Below the pieces are notes generated by a model, which ran no database searches, was not told the origin of the DNA, and saw only the letters and a program-made list of their open reading frames with translations. Shown piece after piece: positions 1 to 9,666 of a stretch of 64,000 nt of DNA. Origin of the DNA: Patescibacteria group bacterium (GTDB lineage: Bacteria; Patescibacteriota; Microgenomatia; Daviesbacterales; UBA10151). The translations under genes and the position numbers were made by a program. The stretch covers positions 32,103 to 96,102 of the forward strand of contig CALRFD010000005.1 of the NCBI GenBank assembly GCA_943356485.1, given 5' to 3'. Within the stretch, counting starts at the first letter, position 1. Each line of letters begins with the position of its first letter.

Positions 1-1
1 A

Positions 2-406
2 GATTTGGGCTATGGTATGTTTGATAAGATAAAAAAAGATTATCCAAATAGATTTATTAATACAGGCGCAGCCGAGCAATCAATGCTAGGTATTGTAATT
101 GGACTGGCGCTGGAAGGGAAAATTCCGTTTGTTTATTCTATTACACCATTTCTAATCTATCGACCGTTTGAAACCATTAGAAATTATATAGATCACGAAC
201 GGATTCCGGTAAGATTAGTAGGTTCTGGTAGAGATAAGGATTATTTCAAAGATGGGTTTTCCCATTGGGCAGAGGAAAATAAAAAAGTTATGAGAATATT
301 TAAAAATATAAATTCTGTTTGGCCAAAGACAAAAGAGGAGATTCCGGGATTAGTAAAAAGAATGGTGGAAGAAAACGTACCTTGGTATATTAATTTAAAA
401 AGGTAA
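2..406 (+). CDS. Transketolase-like ThDP enzyme, C-terminal (pyrimidine-binding) subunit fragment; 5' end lies outside the window
   Basis: It carries the FINTGAAEQ motif, matching the transketolase/DXS/PDH-E1beta pyrimidine-binding signature (FxNxGIAEQ). The ORF is open to the window start (in frame from nt 2). It is unusually short after the motif: GFSHW replaces the GxTHQ motif and the typical C-terminal domain is absent. Confidence 0.5.
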   Translation, partial: DLGYGMFDKIKKDYPNRFINTGAAEQSMLGIVIGLALEGKIPFVYSITPFLIYRPFETIRNYIDHERIPVRLVGSGRDKDYFKDGFSHWAEENKKVMRIFKNINSVWPKTKEEIPGLVKRMVEENVPWYINLKR

Positions 407-414
407 AAAATTTT

Positions 415-1347
415 ATGAATAAAAAAAAGACAATTTCTGCAATAATTGCCTGCTATAAAGACAGTGAAGCCATACCTTTTATGTATAAAAGGCTAACAGA
501 TGTATTTAGTAATATTGGAGTGAACTATGAAATAATCTTTGTAAATGACGGTAGTCCGGACAATACCGAAGAGGTAATCAAAAATATTGTAGGTAAAGAT
601 GGGCATGTGATTGGTATAAATCACTCCCGTAATTTTAGCTCCCAAATGGCTTTTACTTCAGGAATGGAAATAGCAAAGGGAGATGCTGTCGTATTGTTGG
701 ATGGAGATCTACAAGACCCACCTGAATTAATAGAAAAATTTTATCAAAAATGGAATCAGGGATATGATGTGGTATATGGAATTAGAGTAAAAAGAGAAGC
801 AGCTTTTTGGATGCAGGTTGCATACAAAGTATTTTATAGAGTATTTAATAAGATATCTTATATAAATATCCCTGTAGATGCAGGAGACTTCTCTTTAATT
901 GATAGAAAAGTTGTAGAAGAACTTAAAAAATTTCCCGAACGGGATAGATTCATTAGGGGACTTAGAGCTTGGGTAGGATTTAGGCAAATAGGTGTTTCTT
1001 ATGTAAGACCAGAGAGAATGTTTGGTAAGACAACCAATAATTTATTAAGAAATTTTAATTGGGCTACAAAAGGTATTTTTTCTTTTTCATATATACCGCT
1101 TCAGATAATGACTCTGTTATCAATGTTAACCTTTTTAATATCGTTGGTAGCTATGATATTACAAATTATTTTAAGGTTGATTTTGCCAAATTCTCCTCAG
1201 GGAATTACTACGGTTTTGATTGCAATCCTTTTTTTGGGTTCTATTCAGCTGCTTGGATTAAGTATTTTGGGGCAATATATTGGTAAAATATTTGAAGAGG
1301 TTAAGCAGAGACCTCAGTTTATCGTTAAAAGTATTTTAAGAAAGTAA
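415..1347 (+). CDS. GT2 polyprenyl-phosphate sugar synthase (GtrB/ArnC/DPM1-like) with C-terminal membrane anchor
   Basis: The N-terminus has the GT2 signature IIACYKD...IIFVNDGSPDNT and a DxD-like LLDGDLQD. Two C-terminal TM helices end in GQYIGKIFEEVKQRPQFIVK, which matches the typical GtrB/ArnC tail (GEYxGRIYxEVKxRPxYI). The length (310 aa) is typical. Confidence 0.8.
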   Translation: MNKKKTISAIIACYKDSEAIPFMYKRLTDVFSNIGVNYEIIFVNDGSPDNTEEVIKNIVGKDGHVIGINHSRNFSSQMAFTSGMEIAKGDAVVLLDGDLQDPPELIEKFYQKWNQGYDVVYGIRVKREAAFWMQVAYKVFYRVFNKISYINIPVDAGDFSLIDRKVVEELKKFPERDRFIRGLRAWVGFRQIGVSYVRPERMFGKTTNNLLRNFNWATKGIFSFSYIPLQIMTLLSMLTFLISLVAMILQIILRLILPNSPQGITTVLIAILFLGSIQLLGLSILGQYIGKIFEEVKQRPQFIVKSILRK

Positions 1348-1358
1348 ATTTATCTAGA

Positions 1359-2105
1359 CTAAGCCTTTTTATACATAATGTAATTACAAGCACAATATAA
1401 TCTATTAAAAAAAGGTATATTTTCAAAAAAAGGCTCGGTAAATTTTAATAATCTTGCCAGTGGGTCAGGACAGAAGTAGGGTACAATGCCATAGTACTTC
1501 TCGCTTATAACCCGGTATCCCCGCTTTATAAACCAACTATTAAGCAGAGGAGGGAAGTAAGATTTTTCTTCATGTTCCTTATGGTATGGCGAGGCTTTTT
1601 CGATTATCTTTAAAATGGGATTGTAGCCATTTGCTTCTATAATTATAACTGTTTGAAAGACCTTACTTATTTTCCAAATGGCATTTTCAGGTTGGTACAA
1701 ATGATGTAAAACTCCTCGAATGATTGCTAAATTAAACTGATTTTTTTTAAATAATTTATCAACGTCATAAATATTGCCGACTTTAAAAATAATCCCACCC
1801 TTGTTTTTTTTGTCTATTCTTTTTTTGGCAACTGAAATGGCCTCCTTAGCCGGGTCAATGCCTAATATTTGAGTTGGAGAAATACGTTTGAAAAGTTCGA
1901 CCGTATGTTTTCCATCTCCGCAGCCAATATCGACTATTTTTATCTTTTTTTTGAAATGTTTGTTTATAAGCTTTACTAATTCGTCTGTTTGTTTTTGAGT
2001 TGCAACTCTTGCCGAATATAATTTATCACTGGTGTATAAATAACCTGTATTTTTTGCAACATCTTTATTAAAGATATTAATATTTTTTTCTTTTTTAAGT
2101 TTCAT
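1359..2105 (-). CDS. Class I SAM-dependent methyltransferase
   Basis: It carries motif I, VDIGCGDGKHTVEL, in a Rossmann-like methyltransferase fold pattern. Confidence 0.75.
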   Translation of the reverse strand: MKLKKEKNINIFNKDVAKNTGYLYTSDKLYSARVATQKQTDELVKLINKHFKKKIKIVDIGCGDGKHTVELFKRISPTQILGIDPAKEAISVAKKRIDKKNKGGIIFKVGNIYDVDKLFKKNQFNLAIIRGVLHHLYQPENAIWKISKVFQTVIIIEANGYNPILKIIEKASPYHKEHEEKSYFPPLLNSWFIKRGYRVISEKYYGIVPYFCPDPLARLLKFTEPFFENIPFFNRLYCACNYIMYKKA

Positions 2106-2124
2106 GAAAATGATTATACTTCAA

Positions 2125-2154
2125 TTGACATTTATAAGGCAAAAAACTTATTAT
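2125..2154 (+). promoter_or_regulatory. Candidate sigma70-like promoter for the carbamoyltransferase gene (-35 TTGACA, -10 TATTAT)
   Basis: TTGACA sits at 2125-2130 and TATTAT at 2149-2154, separated by an 18-bp spacer, in the 64-bp divergent gap upstream of the start at 2170. Chance matches are frequent in AT-rich DNA. Confidence 0.3.
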
Positions 2155-2169
2155 ACCTGTAAATAATTT

Positions 2170-3873
2170 ATGGGAAAAAATATGGTAACAATTTTAGGAA
2201 TTCATGACGGACATAATGCAGGAGCAGCCTTAATTCAAGACGGCAAAGTCCTGGCAGCTATTTCTGAAGAAAGATTAAATAATATTAAAAATTATTCAGG
2301 AGTTCCAGAGCTTGCCATGAGAAAGGTTTTTGAAATCTCTGGAGTTAAGACTTCAGAGGTAGATTCAGTTGCAATTGCCAGTTTCTTAAGGTTGGATGAT
2401 CCGGTGAAAGTTGATGGAAATAAGCTGCATTTCCTGGCAGAAAATATTTCTCCTCTAATACATAACAAAACGTTTATAAAATATAGTGTTTCCTTTTTGC
2501 ATAAGTTTAGAAAGATAAAAGGGATAGTAGATGTTTTAGATGAAATTGGCATAAATAATAAGAAGGTTAAATTTGTTGAACACCATTTAGCTCATGCAGC
2601 GTGTGCTTATTATCAGAGACCCTGGGATGATAAAACCTTAATTTTAACCCTGGATGGCATGGGAGATGGACTATCTGCTACTGTTAGCATAGGATCAAAT
2701 TTTAGCATTAAAAGAATTGCTGAGACTTCCTTTTACGATAGTATAGGTAATAATTTATATTCTGAAGTTACAGCATATCTAGGGATGAAGCGATGGGAAC
2801 ATGAATATAAGATAATGGGATTAGCTCCTTATGGAAAATATGATCAGGTAATTGAAGATTTGAGAAAAGTTATAAGAATAAATCCTCAAAAACCAATGGA
2901 ATTTGAAAATATCTCAGGGTATTACCTTAAAAAGATGCAAATTTATTATCAAAAGGTTTTAGCCGGACAGCGGTTTGATAATATTGCCGCTGCTACGCAG
3001 AAACTTTTTGAAGAATTAGTTATTTTATGGGTAAAAAATGCAATTAGAGAAACTAAACTGCATAAATTAGTATGTGCCGGGGGATCATTTCTTAACGTAA
3101 AATTAAATAAATTAATCAGAGAACTTGATGAAGTTGAAGATGTGTTTTTTTATCCGGCCTCAGAAGATGGAGGGTCACCGGTAGGAGCGGCCATGGAAGA
3201 ATATTATAGATTTTGCCAAGCAAATAAAATTTCTCCTAAAAAGGCAATTGTTTCTGATGTATATTACGGTCAATCATTTACAGATTCAGAGATAGCTGAT
3301 TTTATTAGGTCTAATAAATTAAGTACTCGAGCAAGGAAGGTCTCACCTGCAGAAATTGCTAAACTATTAAGTCAGGGAAAGATAATAGCACGATTCTCGG
3401 GAAGAGATGAATGGGGTCCAAGAGCTTTAGGAAATAGAAGTATTATGGCTGATCCCAGGAGTATGAATGTAATCAGAAAAATTAATTTCGCTATAAAGCA
3501 ACGTGATTTTTGGATGCCCTTTGCTCCGGCAGTACTGGAAGAGGATCAAAACAGATATTTTAAGAAAAGCAGATTTGCTCCTTATATGATTGAAGCTTTT
3601 GATGCAAAAGATGATGCGGCGAAAGAAATTATTGCCGGATTGCACCCCTATGATCTAACTGGCAGACCACAGATAGTCAATAACTGGAATCCTGGTTGGG
3701 AAGCAATAATCAAAGAATTTAAAAGATTAACAGGGGTAGGGAGTATACTCAACACATCTTTTAATCTTCACGGTTATCCTTTAGTCGGTAGTTTAAAATC
3801 AGCTCTTTCTACATTTAAAGATAGTGATTTAGATGGGTTATTGCTTGGGGAATGGTTAATTTTGAAAAAATGA
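2170..3873 (+). CDS. Carbamoyltransferase (NodU/CmcH family)
   Basis: The N-terminus VTILGIHDGHNAGAALIQDGKVLAAISEERLNNIK is the hallmark of the Kae1/YgjD-like carbamoyltransferase N-domain. The 567-aa length is typical, and WMPFAP and a C-terminal domain are present. Confidence 0.85.
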   Translation: MGKNMVTILGIHDGHNAGAALIQDGKVLAAISEERLNNIKNYSGVPELAMRKVFEISGVKTSEVDSVAIASFLRLDDPVKVDGNKLHFLAENISPLIHNKTFIKYSVSFLHKFRKIKGIVDVLDEIGINNKKVKFVEHHLAHAACAYYQRPWDDKTLILTLDGMGDGLSATVSIGSNFSIKRIAETSFYDSIGNNLYSEVTAYLGMKRWEHEYKIMGLAPYGKYDQVIEDLRKVIRINPQKPMEFENISGYYLKKMQIYYQKVLAGQRFDNIAAATQKLFEELVILWVKNAIRETKLHKLVCAGGSFLNVKLNKLIRELDEVEDVFFYPASEDGGSPVGAAMEEYYRFCQANKISPKKAIVSDVYYGQSFTDSEIADFIRSNKLSTRARKVSPAEIAKLLSQGKIIARFSGRDEWGPRALGNRSIMADPRSMNVIRKINFAIKQRDFWMPFAPAVLEEDQNRYFKKSRFAPYMIEAFDAKDDAAKEIIAGLHPYDLTGRPQIVNNWNPGWEAIIKEFKRLTGVGSILNTSFNLHGYPLVGSLKSALSTFKDSDLDGLLLGEWLILKK

Positions 3874-3920
3874 TCTACGATTTACCTGTAGATTAAAGTT
3901 CTCTTAAAAAAATAATTAAA

Positions 3921-5528
3921 ATGCAAACTAATAAAAACAGCAATTTTAAATTTTATTTTATATCCTTTATTGCAATTTTATTAGTATCTTTTGTCGTTTT
4001 GCTTCCTTCCTTTAGATTAGCTTTTCAAGATGATGATTGGCGTGGGGTAGTACTTCCTAAAACCGATTATGCAAACGGAAGACTAATGACACCATATGGA
4101 ATTCAATTGTGGTTCTGTGGAGTTTTATATGATTTTTTTGATTCTAATTTTTATCTTTACTATATCCTATCATTTATATTAAGAAATTTAACAGCTTTAG
4201 GCATTTTGATATTCCTTTATACTATTACGAAAAACCGTTTAGCTTCTTTTTTAGGCGGCTTAATGGTAGCTGTAGGATTTAGCGGCTTACAAACTACATT
4301 TGAGACAGCAAGTACAAATGTTTATTTTGCACTGATTGGATATACTGTCTTTTTAACATCATTTTTCAAAACAAAAGACAGATTAATATTAAAACATCTG
4401 ATTATAATGGATATCTCTTTGGCCTTAGCTACTTTAGCCTCACCTGTTAGAAGCTATCCTTTGTATGCTTGGGCATTTATAGTGGATGGAATTTATTTGC
4501 TGATGCGATTTAAAAGAGAAAGAGTTAAAAATTTTTTAGTCAGGCAATCTATAATTTTAATGAGCTTTTTAATCCTTTATAAAGCAGGTATTTTTAACTG
4601 GTTTAGTTTAGATGCACCTGCTACAAATCATATTAATGATTTTGGTATTTTTATTTCGAAGGGGAAGCTTTTTCTTGAAGGTTTAGATTTTAATATCGTA
4701 CTAAATTTTATAAGAGGTTTGGGAAATATTGTTATTCCTAGTATCTGGGATAAAAGTGGGGTGATGGCAATATTTGTAGGCAGTAGCTACATAGTTCTTT
4801 TGATAGCTCTTTTGTTTTTTATATTTAAAAAAAGAGATGAAAAAATATTTTATATATTCACTTTTTTGTTTTGGCCACCTCTTCTGTATTTTTGTTATTT
4901 TGTAGTGATATTAAGCGGCTATGAAAATCTTTCTAAGGGTACGGTTGTATTGGAATCATTTCGACGTTATTTGCTTCCTCCGTTCATCGGTTTTGTTGTT
5001 TTCTTAGCAATACTTTTATCCTTGGAAAAAACTAATAAGAGGAAGCATATTTTAATAGGGTTCATTCTGCTTTTTATATTCATGCACTCATTTGCTACCT
5101 ATAGCTTTCTTAGTGAGTTGTCAAAAAGAAGAGATGGTTTTTTTATGGTGAATATATGGAAACAACTTGTAAAACTAATGCCATATTCTAGTTTAGATAT
5201 TAATAAAACAAATATATTTTATTTTGAAACTGATGGGTCAGCTAGGGCAATCTATACTTTGGACGATGGGTTTATCTTGCATGCTACAACTTTATATAAG
5301 ATTTACCCCGGGTCAATGAGTACCCCGGATGAAATTGATTCTTTTACGAAAGTATTAAGGCATACATTTTCTTTTAGTGAATTTATCTCTTTTGTCACAA
5401 AGGGTTTTCCAAATGATTCTGGACCTATTCCCTGGAAAAGGGTTTTTGCTTTCAGGGTAGAGGGTGAAAGAGTGATAAATATTAAGGAGGAAGTTAGAAA
5501 AAGATTAGAAAAAAGTTTAATTCAATAA
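3921..5528 (+). CDS. Polytopic membrane protein, function unknown (possible glycan-related GT-C-like enzyme)
   Basis: It has about 10 or more hydrophobic segments. An acidic QDDDW motif follows the first TM helix. It is co-oriented with the carbamoyltransferase gene and the following PMT-like gene. Confidence 0.45.
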   Translation: MQTNKNSNFKFYFISFIAILLVSFVVLLPSFRLAFQDDDWRGVVLPKTDYANGRLMTPYGIQLWFCGVLYDFFDSNFYLYYILSFILRNLTALGILIFLYTITKNRLASFLGGLMVAVGFSGLQTTFETASTNVYFALIGYTVFLTSFFKTKDRLILKHLIIMDISLALATLASPVRSYPLYAWAFIVDGIYLLMRFKRERVKNFLVRQSIILMSFLILYKAGIFNWFSLDAPATNHINDFGIFISKGKLFLEGLDFNIVLNFIRGLGNIVIPSIWDKSGVMAIFVGSSYIVLLIALLFFIFKKRDEKIFYIFTFLFWPPLLYFCYFVVILSGYENLSKGTVVLESFRRYLLPPFIGFVVFLAILLSLEKTNKRKHILIGFILLFIFMHSFATYSFLSELSKRRDGFFMVNIWKQLVKLMPYSSLDINKTNIFYFETDGSARAIYTLDDGFILHATTLYKIYPGSMSTPDEIDSFTKVLRHTFSFSEFISFVTKGFPNDSGPIPWKRVFAFRVEGERVINIKEEVRKRLEKSLIQ

Positions 5529-5531
5529 TCA

Positions 5532-7004
5532 ATGATGGAAAAATTAAAAGAAAATTGGTTCATTATAGTTATAATATTGTTGATTTTTTTTACCCGTTCT
5601 CTTTTGTTTAATAAAGATGCTGCCTTCTTTTGGGCTGATGAACGCCACTTTCAACAAATGATTATAAAACTTCAGGAGTCAAAAGAAAAAAATGACTTTA
5701 TGATTGCGGTAAATACAATTTTTCACTTAAACGCCCGCCCAGGACTCGGATTATTTTATTTTCCATCAGCAATTCTTCAATGGGAAAATCCTGATATTCC
5801 TTTTGGTTCTTATTTTAATATCTTCATTAATTCTTCAGTACTACTGTTAATTTATTTAATTGTAAAAAAAACTTACGGATTTAGATCAGCAATTTTATCT
5901 CTTTCTTTTGTGTTATTTTCTTCATCCACTGCTATTTATTTAAGACATTTATTGCCATATGATGCGTCGTTATTTACTTTACTACTAGGATTATTAATTT
6001 ATGTGTATACACAAAAAGCATTCAGATTTGGATTATTGGCAGGGTTGTCTTTTCTTACTTATGCCAGTTATTATTATATATTGCCAATTCCATTAGTTCT
6101 CTTTTTGTATCATAAATCCTTGAAGCCAGCTATATTTTTCTTACTGGGGACTGCAGCAACTCTTATCTTTGCAAATTTTATGTATATTTACTTTGACCAC
6201 TCATCCTACTTTCAATCTGTTAAAGCGGAGTCCGCAGGTGTAACTTCTGTTCACATAGGGGATTATGTATCGGCATTTTCTTATATAAGTCAGTATATTT
6301 TTACCATTGATGGAGTTTGGCATACATTTTTAATTTTTACCTCTTTAATCTTATTAATTTTTCAGTGGAAAGAAAAAAAGCTTAATATTTTGGGTACTTA
6401 TTTATTATTAACTTTTCTAATTATGGAAATTACATCCCATGTTCTAAAAATGCACGTGCTATATGGAAGGACTGTAAGGCCTTTTTATTTATCAGCATTA
6501 GTCATTTCCGGAATCATTTTTCATAGAGTATTTGCGCGAGTATCTAAAGGGAGTAAAGTAATCTATTTTCGGTATTTCTTCTTAATAATATTTGTTACAT
6601 TTTTAATTTGGTTACCAAATTTTTTAACGTTTAAAAATCTTATTTACCCGGAGCAATTTAAGAAATTGGCTAAGCAGTATTTAGTAACAAAATATAATAA
6701 TCCCTCAAATGTAGAGGAAGTCTTGTTTGTAAATTATTTCGGTGTAGGTAGCCCTCCAAAAATGAATGTCTTTAAGGAATATAAAGGTTCAAAACAAAAG
6801 ACGTTTTATATAGTTAATGCTAACGTTATTTATCCTTACTATGGCAGTTATGATATGAATTTATTTTGCAAAAATGAAATTTTACTTAAGGAGCTGCATA
6901 TACAGTCTAAATTTAAACCATACCTGTTTGAGGGATGGGGAGAAGCTATGAGAGGGCAAGCAGATAAGGATCCCCTTTATTATCAATTAATATACTGTAA
7001 ATAG
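5532..7004 (+). CDS. Polytopic membrane protein, probable PMT/ArnT-like GT-C glycosyltransferase
   Basis: Multiple TM helices are present. FFWADERHF after TM1 resembles the FDEvHF loop-1 motif of the GT39/PMT family. Confidence 0.45.
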   Translation: MMEKLKENWFIIVIILLIFFTRSLLFNKDAAFFWADERHFQQMIIKLQESKEKNDFMIAVNTIFHLNARPGLGLFYFPSAILQWENPDIPFGSYFNIFINSSVLLLIYLIVKKTYGFRSAILSLSFVLFSSSTAIYLRHLLPYDASLFTLLLGLLIYVYTQKAFRFGLLAGLSFLTYASYYYILPIPLVLFLYHKSLKPAIFFLLGTAATLIFANFMYIYFDHSSYFQSVKAESAGVTSVHIGDYVSAFSYISQYIFTIDGVWHTFLIFTSLILLIFQWKEKKLNILGTYLLLTFLIMEITSHVLKMHVLYGRTVRPFYLSALVISGIIFHRVFARVSKGSKVIYFRYFFLIIFVTFLIWLPNFLTFKNLIYPEQFKKLAKQYLVTKYNNPSNVEEVLFVNYFGVGSPPKMNVFKEYKGSKQKTFYIVNANVIYPYYGSYDMNLFCKNEILLKELHIQSKFKPYLFEGWGEAMRGQADKDPLYYQLIYCK

Positions 7005-7095
7005 TCTAAAAATGGACACGAATTTAGATAGTTCTCTTATATAGGAGTAAGCGATATAATCAAACCACAAAATTAAGCTTTAAGAAAACTATAAA

Positions 7096-8211
7096 ATGAT
7101 TAACTTAACCAATATTTATCTTGATAAAAAAATAGCAACTGAAGTACAAAAAGTTCTATTGTCCAAATCATTAGTGCAAGGAGAAAAAGTAAGAGAGTTA
7201 GAAGCAGAGATGAGTAAAGTTAACGAGACAAGGTACGCTGTGGTGGTTAATTCAGGGACTGCAGCTTTGCATACAGCTTTAGTAGCAATTGGCTTAAGAG
7301 AAGGAGATGAAGTTATTACAACACCATTTTCTTTTATCGCCACAGTAAATACTATCTTAATGTGCAAAGCAAAACCGGTTTTTATTGATGTAAATAAGGA
7401 AACTTTTACGATAGATCCTGATTTAATAGAGGATAGGATATCTAAAAAAACAAAGGCGATAGTAACAGTTGATTTATATGGACAGACCTGTGACTACAAA
7501 AAAATAAGTAAAATCGCCAAAAAATATAACCTTAAAATTATAAGTGATTCTTGTCAGGCAATTGGAGCTATGTATAAAAGTAAGCCAATAGCTAAATGGG
7601 TTGATATTGCTTGTTTCTCTTTTTATGCTACAAAAAATATCATGATGGGAGAAGGTGGAGCTTTGGTGACAAATAACAGAAAAGTTTTTGAATTCGCAAA
7701 GCGATTTAGGCAACATGGTCAGGATATGGAAAAGCCGTATTTTTACCATCACTTAGGATATAACTATAGATCGACAGATATTTTAGCTGTAATTGGACTC
7801 TCACAAATAAAATTTTTAAAAAAATGGACAAAACAAAGATATGATAATGCATGTAAATTAATAAAGGGTTTGAAAGGAATTCCAGGGATAATTACCCCTA
7901 ATTTAAGGGTTGAAGGGGAACATGTATTTCATCAATTTACTATTCGTATAACTAAGGATTATCCCTTGCTAAGAGATCAATTGCGTTCCTATCTTTTTGA
8001 TCACGGGGTTAGATCAGGCGTATATTATCCTTGCGTTTTAGCAGAATACCCTTTTATAAAAGAGATAATTCCTTATAACAAGGATATGTATCCGGTTGCT
8101 GAAGAACTTTCTTCTCAGGTATTGTCTCTTCCCGTTCATCCAATGCTTAAAAACTCAGAGATTAAAAAGATAGTATCCTTGATTAAAAAAGGGGCAAATG
8201 AAAAAAATTAG
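7096..8211 (+). CDS. DegT/DnrJ/EryC1/StrS-family PLP-dependent sugar aminotransferase (WbpE-like)
   Basis: It has DLYGQ, SFYATKN (the Lys region) and GEGGALVTNN motifs. It is followed by a Gfo/Idh/MocA oxidoreductase and an acetyltransferase. Confidence 0.85.
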   Translation: MINLTNIYLDKKIATEVQKVLLSKSLVQGEKVRELEAEMSKVNETRYAVVVNSGTAALHTALVAIGLREGDEVITTPFSFIATVNTILMCKAKPVFIDVNKETFTIDPDLIEDRISKKTKAIVTVDLYGQTCDYKKISKIAKKYNLKIISDSCQAIGAMYKSKPIAKWVDIACFSFYATKNIMMGEGGALVTNNRKVFEFAKRFRQHGQDMEKPYFYHHLGYNYRSTDILAVIGLSQIKFLKKWTKQRYDNACKLIKGLKGIPGIITPNLRVEGEHVFHQFTIRITKDYPLLRDQLRSYLFDHGVRSGVYYPCVLAEYPFIKEIIPYNKDMYPVAEELSSQVLSLPVHPMLKNSEIKKIVSLIKKGANEKN

Positions 8212-9142
8212 AGTAGGTGTAATAGGGGTTGGTAATATGGGAAGAAATCATGTCAGGGTTTACTCTAAAATTGCTAATTTAGTGGCAGTTTCTGATATAG
8301 ATGAAGAATTGGGTAAAGAGATTGCAAAAAAGTTTAATTTAAACTTTTATAAAAATTATAAGCAAATGATAGAACAAGAGAAGCTTGAAGCAGTCTCCGT
8401 GGTAGCCCCCACGTTTTTACATAAAAGTATTGTACTGTATTGTTTAAGTAAAAGCCTTCCTACTTTGGTTGAGAAACCAATAGCTATTAATATTTTGCAG
8501 GCGAAGGAAATAATGGAATGTGCAAAAAAGTATGCTACTCTTTTAATGGTTGGGCATGTGGAGAGATTTAATCCGGTAATTATCAAACTGAAAAAGATTA
8601 TAGATGAGGGTCGTTTAGGAAAAATTATTAGTCTTGTTGCTATCCGTGTTGGTATTAATCCCCCTAATCCTGCTGCATCAGACGTAGCTTTGGATTTGGG
8701 GATTCATGATGTAGATGTTTTTAATTATCTACTCGGAAAATTTCCAAAAAAGAAAAAGGTTATTAAAACAAAATTATTTTCTAAGAATACTGCGGATTCA
8801 TCTATTTTATTGTTAGAGTATGGTGAAGCAACAGGTATAATTCAAACAAATTGGATTACTCCGGTAAAATTAAGAAAATTGTTTGTAAGCGGAACCGAAG
8901 GGTATGTTGAGCTAGATTATATTCAGCAGAAATTAGTCTTACATGATAAAATTCTCAATATAAAGTTTAACGGATCTTTTTATGAGCTTTTATCCATTTC
9001 TGATCAAGCGCCAAGAAAAGAAGTTTATATTTCAAAAAAAGAACCCTTGAAAGAAGAACTACTTTATTTTTTGTCTAATATAAAAAATAGGGAATCAAAT
9101 AATATTGTTGATTCTATCGAGGCGCTCAAGGTCGTAAGTTAA
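8198..9142 (+). CDS. Gfo/Idh/MocA-family NAD(P)-dependent oxidoreductase (WbpB-like sugar 3-dehydrogenase)
   Basis: The N-terminus has the Rossmann motif IRVGVIGVGNMGRNH. The length (314 aa) is typical. It overlaps the upstream aminotransferase gene by 14 bp. Confidence 0.8.
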   Translation: MKKIRVGVIGVGNMGRNHVRVYSKIANLVAVSDIDEELGKEIAKKFNLNFYKNYKQMIEQEKLEAVSVVAPTFLHKSIVLYCLSKSLPTLVEKPIAINILQAKEIMECAKKYATLLMVGHVERFNPVIIKLKKIIDEGRLGKIISLVAIRVGINPPNPAASDVALDLGIHDVDVFNYLLGKFPKKKKVIKTKLFSKNTADSSILLLEYGEATGIIQTNWITPVKLRKLFVSGTEGYVELDYIQQKLVLHDKILNIKFNGSFYELLSISDQAPRKEVYISKKEPLKEELLYFLSNIKNRESNNIVDSIEALKVVS

Positions 9143-9143
9143 C

Positions 9144-9665
9144 ATGAAAAAAGTAAATATTCATAAAACAGCAGAAATAGGTAAAAATACAATAATTGGA
9201 GAGAATACTCGAATTTGGCATTTTGTACAAATACGGGAAAATGTAAAAATTGGTTCTAATTGTATTATAGGTAAAAACGTATATATCGATTTTGAAATAG
9301 AAATTGGAAATAACTGTAAGATTCAAAATAATTGTTCAATTTACCATAAAACAATTGTTGAGGATGGTGTTTTTATCGGACCTCATGTAATTATCACAAA
9401 TGACAAAAATCCCCGCGCAATAGATCAAAAAGGCAAGATAAAATCGGCAAACGATTGGAACGCAGGAAAGGTAACTGTACGTTTTGGCGCATCTATTGGA
9501 GCAGGGAGTATTATTCTGCCCAATATCACTATCGGAAAATTTGCGATGATAGGTGCCGGTTCAGTTGTATCTCATGATGTAGCGGACTTTGCTCTTGTTT
9601 ATGGAAATCCGGCTAAGCTGCATGGAAGAGTTGATGAAAGCGGTTCTATTATTGAACGGTTTTAA
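9144..9665 (+). CDS. Hexapeptide-repeat N-acetyltransferase (WbpD/WlbB/PglD-like)
   Basis: Left-handed beta-helix repeats are visible (IGENTRIWHFVQIRENVKIGSNCIIGKNVYI...). It starts 1 bp after the oxidoreductase stop and its size (173 aa) is typical of WbpD-type enzymes. Confidence 0.75.
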   Translation: MKKVNIHKTAEIGKNTIIGENTRIWHFVQIRENVKIGSNCIIGKNVYIDFEIEIGNNCKIQNNCSIYHKTIVEDGVFIGPHVIITNDKNPRAIDQKGKIKSANDWNAGKVTVRFGASIGAGSIILPNITIGKFAMIGAGSVVSHDVADFALVYGNPAKLHGRVDESGSIIERF

Positions 9666-9666
9666 T

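Noticed and set aside
1059-1286. 75-aa plus-strand ORF in an alternative frame inside the GtrB-like GT2 gene
   Set aside because: It is fully nested within the C-terminal TM-helix coding region of a well-supported GT2 gene, it is Phe/Tyr-rich from T-rich codons, and it has no independent support.
1348-1358. Rho-independent terminators at convergent gene ends (1347/1359, 10608/10626, 14910/14961, 44223/44225, 60157/60178)
   Set aside because: The gaps are 1 to 50 bp and contain no convincing GC-rich stem-loop followed by a T tract. Termination may rely on other mechanisms or on overlapping structures that I cannot resolve by eye.
2292-2552. These are short antisense or alternative-frame ORFs from the six-frame track. 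Examples are 2292..2552-, 3427..3645-, 7116..7367-, 7474..7752-, 8356..8586-, 9126..9326-, 9705..9890-, 12320..12541+, 13252..13446-, 13731..13922-, 14676..14918-, 16737..16967+, 17224..17469-, 23129..23323+, 23545..23745-, 25331..25531-, 28077..28271-, 28861..29172-, 28955..29140+, 29345..29608-, 33231..33428-, 34395..34577-, 38268..38690-, 39818..40003-, 41771..41998-, 45042..45245+, 48050..48259-, 53680..54036-, 55268..55477-, 56277..56603-, 56616..56822-, 59297..59488-, 59440..59739-, 60293..60511+, 62139..62507+, 62824..63009- and 63227..63415-.
   Set aside because: All of them lie entirely within, and opposite to or out of frame with, long ORFs that carry clear family motifs. Their translations are low-complexity and lack motifs. 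They are best explained as chance ORFs.
3874-3920. Inverted repeat ATCTAC-N9-GTAGAT after the carbamoyltransferase stop, as a possible terminator
   Set aside because: It is a 6-bp AT-rich stem followed by an A tract rather than a T tract on the coding strand, and the downstream gene is co-directional and probably co-transcribed. I do not think it terminates transcription.
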